Positions 1 to 8,969 of a DNA stretch of 64,000 nt are shown in pieces. Each line of letters starts with the position of its first letter. The first letter of the stretch is position 1. The notes below the pieces were generated by a model, which had not been told where the DNA came from, ran no database searches, and worked only from the letters and a program-made list of their open reading frames with translations. Position numbers and translations under genes: made by a program. This DNA comes from a bacterium (GTDB lineage Bacteria > Planctomycetota > UBA1135 > GCA-002686595): contig JAAELL010000032.1 in assembly GCA_024226735.1 (NCBI GenBank), positions 57,879 to 121,878 on the forward strand, given 5' to 3'.

Positions 1-420
1 GCGGACGCGAGCACGTCGGACCCGCTCGCCCCAGGGCGCTACGTCCTACGTGCGCGCAGCAACCTGCGCACGCCCGCCGACGTCCCCTTCGAGATCGTGG
101 CGGGCGAGACGACCGCGGTTCAGGTCGCCGTCGAGCCCGCCGTCGGACGCGAGATCGAAGTGCGCGTCGAACCGGGCACCCAGTTCCCCAGGACATTCTC
201 CGTCCGCGTCCACGACCCGTCCGGCGAGGTCTACGACGAGCATCCGATGAACGCGCCGTGGGACGTCACGCCGGAGCGCATGAGGACATCGGTCTGGGGG
301 CTCGTCGTCGGGACGTGGCGCGTCGTCGTGACGGCCGATGACGGACGCGCGGGCGAAGTCGAGGTCGTCATCGGCTCGCTCACCCGAAAGGACGAGGCGA
401 TCCCGCTCGAGCTGCGTTGA
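1..420 (+). CDS. 3' end of a secreted tandem beta-sandwich (carboxypeptidase-regulatory-like / transthyretin-like) repeat protein; the 5' part lies outside the window
   Basis: Frame +1 is open from base 1 to TGA 418-420. The sequence resembles the repeated 'G-V-D--G-P--GA-V-V' units of the large proteins at 20953-23433 and 31995-33944. Confidence 0.55.
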   Translation, partial: ADASTSDPLAPGRYVLRARSNLRTPADVPFEIVAGETTAVQVAVEPAVGREIEVRVEPGTQFPRTFSVRVHDPSGEVYDEHPMNAPWDVTPERMRTSVWGLVVGTWRVVVTADDGRAGEVEVVIGSLTRKDEAIPLELR

Positions 421-585
421 CGTGCCTCCCTGGGCACGTAAGTGGTGGCCATTGCGCGGGCTCGGTACTCCCCCCGGTACTCCCCCGCGAGGAGGCCCCT
501 CGTCTCGGGGCACGCCCCCCGCTATGATCCCCGCTCACCGATCGCACAGGAGGCGCACGATCGGCAAGAAGCGAGGACAAGCACC

Positions 586-1536
586 GTGGACACGAGCCTA
601 TTGCCGAATCACCTGGAAGAGCTCGTCACGCGGGCGAGGGCGACGACCGCACGTTTTCGAGAGCTCTACCCCTACGAGCCCCACTTCCTGGAGGTGGGCG
701 GCGGAGCGATGCATTACGTGGACGAGGGCCCGCGCGACGCGCCGGTGCTCTTGTGCCTGCACGGCAATCCGACGTGGTCGTTCTACTGGCGCTCGCTCAT
801 CGAGGCGTTCAAGGGTGAGTTCCGCGTCATCGTGCCCGACCACATCGGCTGCGGGCTCTCCGAGAAGCCCCAGGACTGGCCGTACACGCTCGTCACTCAC
901 ATCCAGAACATCGAACGCCTCGTCGAGACGCTCGGGCTCGAGAACATCACGCTCGCCGTGCACGACTGGGGTGGCCCGATCGGGATGGGCGCGGCGACGC
1001 GGCACCCGGAACGCTTCGCACGACTGATCGTCACGAACACCGCCGCCTTCCCCGCGCCCGGCCTCCCGGCCTCGATCGCGATGGGCAAGCTGCCCTTGCT
1101 CGGCAGCTTCATGATCCGCGGCCTCAACATGTTCGCGCGTTCGGCGACGGTCAAGACGACCAAGACACGACTAGCGCGCGACGTCCGCCGCGCCTACCTC
1201 GCGCCGTACGACTCCTACAAGAACCGCGTCGCGATCTGGCGCTTCGTCAAGGACATCCCGACACGCGTCTCGCACCCCTCGTACTCGACGCTGTCCGACA
1301 TCGAGGTGGCTCTGCACCGCATGCACGACCGACCGATGTGCATCCTCTGGGGCGAGAAGGACTGGGTCTTCACCCCCGAGTTCCGCAAGACCTGGCAGGC
1401 GCACTTCCCGGCCGCCACCGTGCACACCTACGACAACGCCGGGCACTACGTGCTCGAGGACGCCGGAGCCACCGCGATCGAAGACCTGCGCGCGTTCTTC
1501 GCCGCGAATCCGACCGTGCCGCAAGGGCAGGCGTGA
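586..1536 (+). CDS. oleB: OleB-type alpha/beta hydrolase (haloalkane-dehalogenase-like fold), olefin/beta-lactone pathway
   Basis: Motif HGNPTWSFYWR and nucleophile elbow HDWGG; the C-terminal HY..ED region is typical of OleB/haloalkane dehalogenase-like hydrolases. GTG at 586 is preferred over ATG 442 because AGGA lies 8 nt upstream and the length (about 317 aa) matches family members. The stop overlaps the oleC start (GTGA). Confidence 0.8.
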   Translation: MDTSLLPNHLEELVTRARATTARFRELYPYEPHFLEVGGGAMHYVDEGPRDAPVLLCLHGNPTWSFYWRSLIEAFKGEFRVIVPDHIGCGLSEKPQDWPYTLVTHIQNIERLVETLGLENITLAVHDWGGPIGMGAATRHPERFARLIVTNTAAFPAPGLPASIAMGKLPLLGSFMIRGLNMFARSATVKTTKTRLARDVRRAYLAPYDSYKNRVAIWRFVKDIPTRVSHPSYSTLSDIEVALHRMHDRPMCILWGEKDWVFTPEFRKTWQAHFPAATVHTYDNAGHYVLEDAGATAIEDLRAFFAANPTVPQGQA

Positions 1537-3215
1537 GCCACGGGGTCGAGGAGGTGGCCGCCACGCGGCGGACAGCACCCGAGCCCGTCAACATCGGGCG
1601 CTGGCTCGAGCAAGCGGCCGAGCGCGATCCGGAAGGCCTCGCGGTCGTGCGCGCTCTCGGTCGCGGCCAATGGGAGCGCGTCACGTTCAGCGAGCTGCAC
1701 CAGCGCGCGCGACGCGTCGGCGCCGGCCTGCGCGCCCAGGGCATCGGCAGAGGCACGCGCGCGTGTGTCTTCGTACATCCGAGCGCGGACTTGATCGCGA
1801 TCACGTTCGCGCTGCTCGGCATCGGCGCCGTGCCGGTCCTCGCCGACCCGGGCATGGGCCGCACCCAGCTGCTCGCGTGCATCGCCAAGGCGCGCCCGGA
1901 GGTGTTGTTCGGAATCCCGCGTGCCCTCCTCGCCAAGCGACTCTTCCCGGCATCCTTCCGGTCGGTGAAGTTGACGGTCGCCGTCGACATGCCGCTCCCG
2001 TGGTTCGGGCTGAGCCTCGAGCGTTTGATGGCAACGGGCACGCCGGGCGCGCTCGAGGACACGCGCGAGGACGACGACGCCGCCATCCTGTTCACGTCGG
2101 GCAGCACCGGTCCGCCCAAGGGTGTGCGCTACACCCACGGCATGTTCGAAGCCCAGCGACGGGCACTCGGCGATCTCTACGACTTCCGCCCCGGCGAGGT
2201 CGACCTCGCCTGCTTCCCCCTCTTCGGACTGTTCGACGCGGGGTTCGGGATGACGAGCGTCTTCCCCGAGATCGACCCGAGCCATCCCGCGCGCTGCGAG
2301 CCTGAGAAGATCGTCGAAGCGATCGAGACGCACGGGGCGACGACGACGTTCGGCTCGCCAGCCATCTGGCGCCGGGTCGTGCCTTGGTGTGTCGACCACG
2401 CGCGCAAACTGCCGACACTGCGGCAGGTCCTGATCGCCGGCGCCCCGGTCCCTCCCGACCTCATCCGGGAGTTCCACAAGGTCCTGGAGCTCGAAGCAGA
2501 CGTCTTCACGCCGTACGGCGCGACCGAGGCGCTACCGGTCGCGTCCGTCGCGGGCCGCGACGTCGGCCCCGCCCTGCTCGAGTTCGTTCTCAACGGCGCC
2601 GGCACCTGCGTCGGCAAGACGGTTCCCGGGCTCGACGTGCGCTTGATCGAGATCACCGACGACGCGATCGAGACGTGGTCGGACGAACTCGTCGTTCCGC
2701 GCGGCCGGCCCGGCGAGATCTGCGTGCGTGGCGCGCAAGTCACGCACGAATACGACGCCGAGCAACAGCACACGGCGCGCGCCAAGATTCACGCCGACGA
2801 CGGCGTCTGGCATCGCATGGGCGACGTCGGACGCTTCGATGACGAGGGTCGGCTCTGGTACCTGGGGCGCAAGTCCCATCGCCTCATGACCGAGGCCGGA
2901 CTGCGCATGCCCGTGCCGGCCGAGAACGTGTTCAACACACACCCGCGCGTCCACCGCACCGCGCTCGTCGGCGTCGGGGAGCCCGGGCGCGAGCTGGAGG
3001 TACTCGTCGTCGAGCCGCTGCCGGGCGAGATGCCCAAGACCGAGGTGGTGATCGACGGTTTCATCCTTCAGCTGCGCGGGATCGCGCGCCGCACGCCTCT
3101 GACAAAGGACATCGAGACCTTCCTCTTCCACCCCAGCTTCCCGGTCGACGTGCGCCACAACGCCAAGATCCACCGCGAAGAGCTGAAGGCCTGGGCGAGC
3201 GAGCAGCTCTCTTGA
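1533..3215 (+). CDS. oleC: OleC, AMP-dependent synthetase/ligase (beta-lactone synthetase)
   Basis: AMP-binding motif FTSGSTGPPKGV and the downstream adenylate-forming core. A GTG start overlaps the oleB stop (GTGA). It is followed by oleD with an ATGA overlap, matching the canonical oleBCD order. Confidence 0.85.
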   Translation: MSHGVEEVAATRRTAPEPVNIGRWLEQAAERDPEGLAVVRALGRGQWERVTFSELHQRARRVGAGLRAQGIGRGTRACVFVHPSADLIAITFALLGIGAVPVLADPGMGRTQLLACIAKARPEVLFGIPRALLAKRLFPASFRSVKLTVAVDMPLPWFGLSLERLMATGTPGALEDTREDDDAAILFTSGSTGPPKGVRYTHGMFEAQRRALGDLYDFRPGEVDLACFPLFGLFDAGFGMTSVFPEIDPSHPARCEPEKIVEAIETHGATTTFGSPAIWRRVVPWCVDHARKLPTLRQVLIAGAPVPPDLIREFHKVLELEADVFTPYGATEALPVASVAGRDVGPALLEFVLNGAGTCVGKTVPGLDVRLIEITDDAIETWSDELVVPRGRPGEICVRGAQVTHEYDAEQQHTARAKIHADDGVWHRMGDVGRFDDEGRLWYLGRKSHRLMTEAGLRMPVPAENVFNTHPRVHRTALVGVGEPGRELEVLVVEPLPGEMPKTEVVIDGFILQLRGIARRTPLTKDIETFLFHPSFPVDVRHNAKIHREELKAWASEQLS

Positions 3216-4210
3216 AGCGCGCGGTCGTCACGGGTGGCGGCGGCTTCGTCGGCGGCGCGATCGTGCGCGAGCTGCTCGCATCGGGAACCGAGGTCGTCTC
3301 GATCGCGCGCGGCGCCTACCCCGAGCTCGAGGCGCTCGGCGCGCGGACGGTGCGTGGCGACCTCGCGCAGCCCGGCACGTGGACCGACGCGTTCGCCGGT
3401 TGCGACGTCGTCTTCCACGTAGCCGCCAAGGCCGGGTTCTGGGGGCCGCGAGAGGCGTATTGGAGCGCGAACGTCGACGGCACGCGCCACGTCCTCGACG
3501 CGGCGAGGTCACACGGGGTCGAGCGACTCGTCTTCACCTCGTCACCGAGCGTCTGCTTCGACGGCACCGACCACATCGACGCCGGGCCTGACCTCCCCTA
3601 CCCCGAGAGCTACCTCGCGGCGTACCCCGAGTCCAAGGCCCACGCGGAGACCCTCGTGCTGCGCGCGAACGGCGCGGAGCTCGCGACGTGCTCCCTGCGC
3701 CCGCACCTCGTCTTCGGACCGGGCGATCCACATATCGTCCCGCGTCTGATCGAGCGCGCGCGTGGCGGCAAGCTGCGCGTCGTCGGCGACGGCCGGAACG
3801 AGGTCAGCATCACGTACGTCGGGAACGCGGCGCACGCGCACGTGCAGGCGGCGCACGCGCTCGCACCGGGCGCGGCGCATGCGGGACGCGCGTACTTCAT
3901 CGCGAACGAGGGTCCGGTGCTCCTGTGGGACTGGATCGGCGCGCTGCTCGGACGCCTCGGTATCGAGCCTCCGGGGCACCGCGTCTCGCACGCCGCCGCG
4001 CGCCGCATCGGGCGAGCTTGTGAAGCGCTCTGGCGCACGCTGCCGCTGCCTGGTGAGCCCCCGATGACGCGCTTCGTCGCCGGCCAACTCGCGACGTCGC
4101 ACTCCTACGACCTCTCGCCGGCTCGTCGCGACTTCGGCTACGAGGAGCTCGTCGGCATGGACGAGGCGACCGAGCGGACGGTCGCGTGGTTCGCGAACGG
4201 CGGCTCCTAA
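3212..4210 (+). CDS. oleD: OleD, NAD(P)-dependent epimerase/dehydratase (3beta-HSD family) reductase
   Basis: N-terminal Rossmann motif VTGGGGFVGGAIVREL, a Y-x3-K catalytic region (YPESKAHAE), and 3beta-HSD-like length. The start ATG overlaps the oleC stop (ATGA). Confidence 0.8.
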   Translation: MKRAVVTGGGGFVGGAIVRELLASGTEVVSIARGAYPELEALGARTVRGDLAQPGTWTDAFAGCDVVFHVAAKAGFWGPREAYWSANVDGTRHVLDAARSHGVERLVFTSSPSVCFDGTDHIDAGPDLPYPESYLAAYPESKAHAETLVLRANGAELATCSLRPHLVFGPGDPHIVPRLIERARGGKLRVVGDGRNEVSITYVGNAAHAHVQAAHALAPGAAHAGRAYFIANEGPVLLWDWIGALLGRLGIEPPGHRVSHAAARRIGRACEALWRTLPLPGEPPMTRFVAGQLATSHSYDLSPARRDFGYEELVGMDEATERTVAWFANGGS

Positions 4211-4345
4211 CGCCCCGTTGGGCCCCATTTGGAGCCCCCAGGCATCTTTTTCTCGGATCGAGCCGGGAAAAGCGTGCCACTTCGGCCCATTCTCGCCGAA
4301 GGAAGGTCTACCACCTTGGTGGGCCCGCGCAGAGCGTGATAGCCT

Positions 4346-6043
4346 TTGCGCATCGCTCGCTGGCCTCGCGACTCACGCGACGGCCCCTTGGCGCACGACA
4401 GGATCTCCTCCCGGGATCGCGCCTACACGTCCAAAACGGACCTACCCGTCGTTGTCGTACGGGTTCAGCTCCCCTCGGCGAGCCGCCATGCCAAAGGTGC
4501 ATCCCGGCCGTCGGAAACGAACACAGTCATTTCGAAACGCAACGCTACGAAGGCAACCGGGTTCGCCCAGTTCCGCCTCGACCGAAACATCCAGCGCGGC
4601 ATCGCCGCGGCCGGCTTCCAAGAGCCCCGGCCCGTACAGGCTCGCACCATTCCCGCTGCCCTCGAAGGGCGCGACGTGCTCGGACTCGCTCAGACGGGTA
4701 CCGGCAAGACCGCGGCGTTCGCGCTGCCCATCCTCGAGCGCCTCACCGCTCGGCGCGCGGCTGGACCGCGTGCGCTCATCGTCGCTCCGACGCGCGAGCT
4801 CGCCAAACAGATCCACGCCGAGATCGAGTTGCTCGGCACGTTCACGAACGTACGCGTCGTCACCGTGATCGGTGGCGTCGGTGCGAACGCGCAGATCGCA
4901 GCGCTGAGGCGCCGTCCCGACATCGTCGTCGCTTGCCCGGGACGGTTGCTCGACCTCTTCAAGGGGGGCCACGTCGACCTGTCGCGGATCGAGACGCTCG
5001 TGCTCGACGAGGCCGACCACATGTTCGACATGGGGTTCCTTCCCGACGTGCGCCGAATCCTGCGCGCGCTCCCGGCCAAGCGTCAGAATCTGTTGTTCTC
5101 GGCCACGATGCCGCGCGAGATCCGGCACCTCGCCGACCAGGTCCTCGATCGCCCGCAAGTCGTCGAGCTCGCACACTCACAGCCGGCGAGCACGATCGAG
5201 CACGCGCTCTATCCCGTGTCGCAGAAGAACAAGATCGCTCTCCTGCGCCACATCGTCGACGATCCCGAGTTCCAGTCCGCTATCGTCTTCCTGCGCACGA
5301 AGCGCCGCGCGCGCCAGCTCGCGCGTGACCTCGAACGCATGGGCCACCGCGCCGTCGCCATGCAGGGCAACATGTCCCAGGGCCAGCGCGACCGGGCGAT
5401 GAATGGCTTCCGCGAGGGGCGCTACGACGTCCTCGTCGCGACCGACATCGCCGCACGCGGGATCGACATCGCGGGCGTGTCGCACGTGATCAACTTCGAC
5501 GTCCCGAACACGCCGGACGCCTACACGCACCGCATCGGCCGCACCGGCCGTGCCGAGCGCTCGGGCAAGGCGTGCACGTTCGTGACGCGTGACGATCACG
5601 AGATGGTGCGCGCGATCGAGAAGCGGCTCGGAGCGCGCATCGAACAGCGCGTCCTCGAGCGCTTCGCGGGCGAACCCGGTCACGAAGATCGCGACTTGCT
5701 CGGCGGTGGAGGCCGCGGCGGCAAGCGCCAGGCGAACGGTCGCGGCCAGGGCCGCGGCGGCCAGAACCGCAACGGCACGGGTCGCGGCGGTAGTCGTCGC
5801 GGGCAGGGCCGAGGCGTACAGGCTCGCAATGGGCAGGCTCGCAATGGGCAGGCTCGTAGTGGCGACCAGCCGGTCAAGGGCCGTACGGCCAAGAGCCGTT
5901 CCTCGGCCGGCCGCTCCGCCAACACGGGCGCGCCCCAGACGCGGCGCCCCGCGCAGACGGGATCCAGTCGACCGGCCCAGAAGCAACGCGGCTCGGGCAA
6001 GGCGCATCCCTTCGGGATCGGCGTCGAGCGCCGCGGCGCGTAG
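4346..6043 (+). CDS. DEAD-box ATP-dependent RNA helicase (RhlE/DeaD-like) with Arg/Gly-rich C-terminal tail
   Basis: Q-motif region FAQF...GF.EPRPVQ, motif I AQTGTGKT, DEAD box (LDEADHMFDMGF), SAT, and helicase C motifs HRIGRTGR. The tail is RGG/RNG-rich. The start is uncertain. The ATG at 4346 adds about 60 low-complexity residues, and no canonical start lies close to the Q-motif. An ATT at about 4529 would give a typical N-terminus. Confidence 0.85.
   Translation: MRIARWPRDSRDGPLAHDRISSRDRAYTSKTDLPVVVVRVQLPSASRHAKGASRPSETNTVISKRNATKATGFAQFRLDRNIQRGIAAAGFQEPRPVQARTIPAALEGRDVLGLAQTGTGKTAAFALPILERLTARRAAGPRALIVAPTRELAKQIHAEIELLGTFTNVRVVTVIGGVGANAQIAALRRRPDIVVACPGRLLDLFKGGHVDLSRIETLVLDEADHMFDMGFLPDVRRILRALPAKRQNLLFSATMPREIRHLADQVLDRPQVVELAHSQPASTIEHALYPVSQKNKIALLRHIVDDPEFQSAIVFLRTKRRARQLARDLERMGHRAVAMQGNMSQGQRDRAMNGFREGRYDVLVATDIAARGIDIAGVSHVINFDVPNTPDAYTHRIGRTGRAERSGKACTFVTRDDHEMVRAIEKRLGARIEQRVLERFAGEPGHEDRDLLGGGGRGGKRQANGRGQGRGGQNRNGTGRGGSRRGQGRGVQARNGQARNGQARSGDQPVKGRTAKSRSSAGRSANTGAPQTRRPAQTGSSRPAQKQRGSGKAHPFGIGVERRGA
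5819..5863 (+). repeat. 15-bp tandem repeat x3 (CAGGCTCGCAATGGG) encoding QARNG repeats in the helicase tail
   Basis: Direct reading shows caggctcgcaatggg twice, then the variant caggctcgtagtggc. Confidence 0.7.
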
Positions 6044-6093
6044 GCATCGGTAGATACGGTACCGATGCGTCGTCCGTGCGATGATCGGCCCCC

Positions 6094-7908
6094 ATGAGTC
6101 TCGAGCTCACCGAGCCCGTTCCGGGTCTCTTCGTCTTCGCCTGTGCATACGAGGACCGGTTCGTGCCCAAGGAGGCGGGCTTCCGCTGGCACCCCGGCGG
6201 ACGCTGCCGCCGCAAGGGCTGCAAGCCGTGCGAGCACGGCTTGGGCAGCGTTTGGCTGACCGGCGACGTGCTGCGCGCCAGCGCCCTCGTCGAGTACGCC
6301 GACGACGAGCTGCGTGAGGACATTGAGCAGCGCGCCGCGCCCGCGGCGGAAACGCGAGCCGCCGAAGAGCGGCGCGCCGCGCTCGACGCCAAGGCGCGCA
6401 AGCTGCGCCAGGCCAGCTCCGTGCGCGCGAGCACCGCGAAGGACGCCAAGATCGACGTCCCCTGCCCGCAGGGTATCGACTACCTGCCGTTCCAGCGCGC
6501 GGCGATCGCCTACGCGCTGAGCCGCGACAACACGTTGCTCGCGGACGAGATGGGTCTCGGCAAGACCATCGAGGCGCTCGGCGTCATCAACGCCGACGCC
6601 GACGCGCGGAAGATCCTGATCGTGTGTCCCGCGAGCCTCAAGCTCAACTGGGCGCGTGAGTGCGCGCGCTGGCTCGTCGGAGAACGAACGATCGGCGTCG
6701 CCGGCAAGACCTTTCCCGCGGACGCCGACGTCGTGATCGTCAACTACGCGATCCTCGGCAAGTGGGAGCTGGAGCTCGCCGTGAGCTGGGACGTGCTCGT
6801 CGCGGACGAGTGCCACTACGTCAAGAACAAGGACGCCAAGCGCTCCAAGCGCCTGTACGCGATCGAAGCGAGGCGCAAGCTGATGCTCACCGGCACACCG
6901 ATCCTCAACCGCCCGGTCGAGCTGCAGCCGATCGCCGGGTTCTTGGACGCGGACACATTCGGCCACTTCTGGAACTTCGCCAAGCGCTACTGCAAGCCGC
7001 AGAGGAACCGCTTCGGCTGGGACTTCTCGGGGTCGTCCAACCTGGCGGAGCTGCACACGCTCCTGCGCGGGACGATCATGGTTCGGCGCACGAAGGCCGA
7101 CGTGCTCGAGGAGCTGCCGCCCAAGCGCCGTCAGGTGATCGAGCTCGCCGCGGGCAAGCTCGCGAAGCTCGTCGACGTCGAGGAGCGCGCGTGGGCGGAG
7201 CACGCCCGGCGCCTGAAGCTCCTGCGCGCATGCTCGGGCGAGGCCAAGGCCCAGAGTGCAAATGCGGGTCTTGGCGCGACCGACGAGGAGCTGCGCGAGC
7301 TCCGCGAAGGCGTCAACGCCGCGTTCGGCGAGCTCGCGAAGCTGCGCCACGCGACCGCGCTGGCCAAGGTCCCGCTCGTCGTGGACCACGTCGAGAACGC
7401 GCTCCTCGCCTCCGGCAAGATCGTCGTCTTCGCCCACCACCGCGACGTCGCGAAGGAGATCGCCGCCGCGTTCGGGGACGCGGCGGTCACCTTCACTGGC
7501 GACGACGACCCGGAGCGACGTCAGGCCGCCGTCGACCGCTTCCAGGAAGACCCCGAATGCACCCTGTTCGTCGGCTCGATCCGCGCCGCCGGCGTCGGCC
7601 TGACGCTCACCGCCTCCGCCCACGTCGTCTTCGCCGAGCTCGACTGGGTGCCGGCGAACCTGACCCAGGCCGAGGACCGCACGCACCGCATCGGTCAGAA
7701 GGACAGCGTGCTCGTGCAGCACCTCGTGCTGCAGAGCTCGCTCGATGCGCGCATGGTGCGCACGCTGATCCAGAAACAGCGCGTCGTCGACGAGACGCTG
7801 GACGGCGACGTGCGCGAGCCCCTGTTCGACGACCTCGCCGAGGACCTGGTCGACGCGGCGGCGGACGGCAAATCAGCTCTTCCAGAAGCGCCAGGCGACG
7901 ACGTGTAG
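6094..7908 (+). CDS. SNF2/RAD54-family helicase (DEAD/H ATPase + helicase-C) with Cys/His-rich N-terminal segment
   Basis: Walker A DEMGLGKT, DECH box (LVADECHYVKN), LTGTPILNRPVEL, and C-terminal helicase motifs (QAEDRTHRIGQ). The N-terminus carries HPGGRCRRKGCKPCEHG, a possible zinc-ribbon. Confidence 0.85.
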   Translation: MSLELTEPVPGLFVFACAYEDRFVPKEAGFRWHPGGRCRRKGCKPCEHGLGSVWLTGDVLRASALVEYADDELREDIEQRAAPAAETRAAEERRAALDAKARKLRQASSVRASTAKDAKIDVPCPQGIDYLPFQRAAIAYALSRDNTLLADEMGLGKTIEALGVINADADARKILIVCPASLKLNWARECARWLVGERTIGVAGKTFPADADVVIVNYAILGKWELELAVSWDVLVADECHYVKNKDAKRSKRLYAIEARRKLMLTGTPILNRPVELQPIAGFLDADTFGHFWNFAKRYCKPQRNRFGWDFSGSSNLAELHTLLRGTIMVRRTKADVLEELPPKRRQVIELAAGKLAKLVDVEERAWAEHARRLKLLRACSGEAKAQSANAGLGATDEELRELREGVNAAFGELAKLRHATALAKVPLVVDHVENALLASGKIVVFAHHRDVAKEIAAAFGDAAVTFTGDDDPERRQAAVDRFQEDPECTLFVGSIRAAGVGLTLTASAHVVFAELDWVPANLTQAEDRTHRIGQKDSVLVQHLVLQSSLDARMVRTLIQKQRVVDETLDGDVREPLFDDLAEDLVDAAADGKSALPEAPGDDV

Positions 7909-8412
7909 GTCCGAGTCGAAGTAGACGTCGAGGAACTCCGCGTCGAACGGAAACACGCGCAGACGCTCCCGTCCGATCCACCAGGTCGCCTTCCACCGCC
8001 CCTCGGACGCCGGAACGTGCCGGCCACGCTCGTAGAGCGTCAGGTCGTACTCCGATCGATAGTGGCCAGTGCGCGACTTCCCTGAGCCCAGACGCGCCCG
8101 CATACGCGCGGAATGGTCCGCTCCGAGAATGCGGCGCACCCTGCCGATCGGCATCCCCACACGCAGATGGTGCTCCAAGAGGTCGTGCAGCATGGCCTGC
8201 CGGCGGCGATCGGTATGCGACTCGGGAGCGACCGAGCACCAAGCCTCGGACTCGAACGGGACGGGTTCGACCGTGATCGGCAGCCCCCACGCGAGCAACA
8301 GAACGAACCCAACCGCGCACAGCGTGGGCGCGCAGAGACAGCAGGCGCAGCCGAGCGTCCCGACGTTGCGCCTGGGGTCGCGGTCCTTCTCGACGACCGG
8401 CGGCTCGCTCAT
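7873..8412 (-). CDS. Small membrane-anchored protein (one TM after a short N-terminal tail), last gene of the kinase-sigma module
   Basis: The internal ATG at 8412 overlaps the sigma-factor stop (ATGA). The hydrophobic segment is LGCACCLCAPTLCAVGFVLLLAWGL. No recognisable domain was found. Confidence 0.5.
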   Translation of the reverse strand: MSEPPVVEKDRDPRRNVGTLGCACCLCAPTLCAVGFVLLLAWGLPITVEPVPFESEAWCSVAPESHTDRRRQAMLHDLLEHHLRVGMPIGRVRRILGADHSARMRARLGSGKSRTGHYRSEYDLTLYERGRHVPASEGRWKATWWIGRERLRVFPFDAEFLDVYFDSDLHVVAWRFWKS

Positions 8413-8969
8413 CGCGCCCCGTTGCGCCGCCACTGTGCCCGCAGGCGCTCCAGGGCGCGGCGCTTCGCGCGTCCCGCGCTCTCGCCCGCCATGCCCAACT
8501 CGACGCCGATCTCCGCGTCGGAGGCGCCCTGGCTCGCGAGCTCGAGCAACTGGCGGTCGCGCTCCGCCAAGCCAGCGAGCGCGCGCGCGACGACGACCAG
8601 CATCTCGCGCCGCTCCGCGCGCGTCGCCGGACCGCTCTCGTTGCCCGCCGGCTCACCGACCCCGTCGCCCGAATCCGCGAGCGCCAGCCGCGCCGTCGAG
8701 CCCGCGTAGCGCTTGAGCGCCATCCAGTAGGCGCGCCGGTCGTCGAGGTGGTTGAGGGCGACCTTGTAGAGCCACGCCCAGAAGCGCACGGGGTCGTCAC
8801 CCTCGAAGCCGGCGGAGCCCGACAGCGCGCGCGCGGTGATCGCCTGCGCGAGGTCCTCGACTGTCTCGTAGCGCAGGAGCCGGCCCTGCGCGCGACGACG
8901 CACGAAACGCACGAGCTGCGGCTGCGCCTCCGCAATCCTCTCGTCGATGTTCGTGGGCTCGCCCTTCAA
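8409..8969 (-). CDS. ECF-type RNA polymerase sigma-70 factor
   Basis: Sigma-70 region 2 pattern (VEDLAQAITARAL...DDPVRFWAWLYKVALNHL), a region 4 HTH (ELASQGASDAEIGVELGMAGESAGRAKRRALERLR), and about 186 aa. The TTG start overlaps the kinase stop (TTGA). The longer ORF 8409-10076 is an artefact of overlap. Confidence 0.8.
   Translation of the reverse strand: MKGEPTNIDERIAEAQPQLVRFVRRRAQGRLLRYETVEDLAQAITARALSGSAGFEGDDPVRFWAWLYKVALNHLDDRRAYWMALKRYAGSTARLALADSGDGVGEPAGNESGPATRAERREMLVVVARALAGLAERDRQLLELASQGASDAEIGVELGMAGESAGRAKRRALERLRAQWRRNGAR

Noticed and set aside
4346-4528. N-terminal 60-codon extension of the DEAD-box helicase as real coding sequence
   Set aside because: The composition (Arg/Ser/Asp-rich, no structure-forming pattern) and the lower GC content suggest a 5' UTR. 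It is retained only as the formal ORF boundary because no canonical start lies closer to the Q-motif.
5680-7722. 680-aa minus-strand ORF spanning the helicase/SNF2 region
   Set aside because: It is antisense to two well-supported helicase genes. Its composition is Pro/Arg/Ala-rich low complexity typical of open antisense frames in high-GC DNA, for example PLRACPLRAC mirroring the sense-strand tandem repeat.
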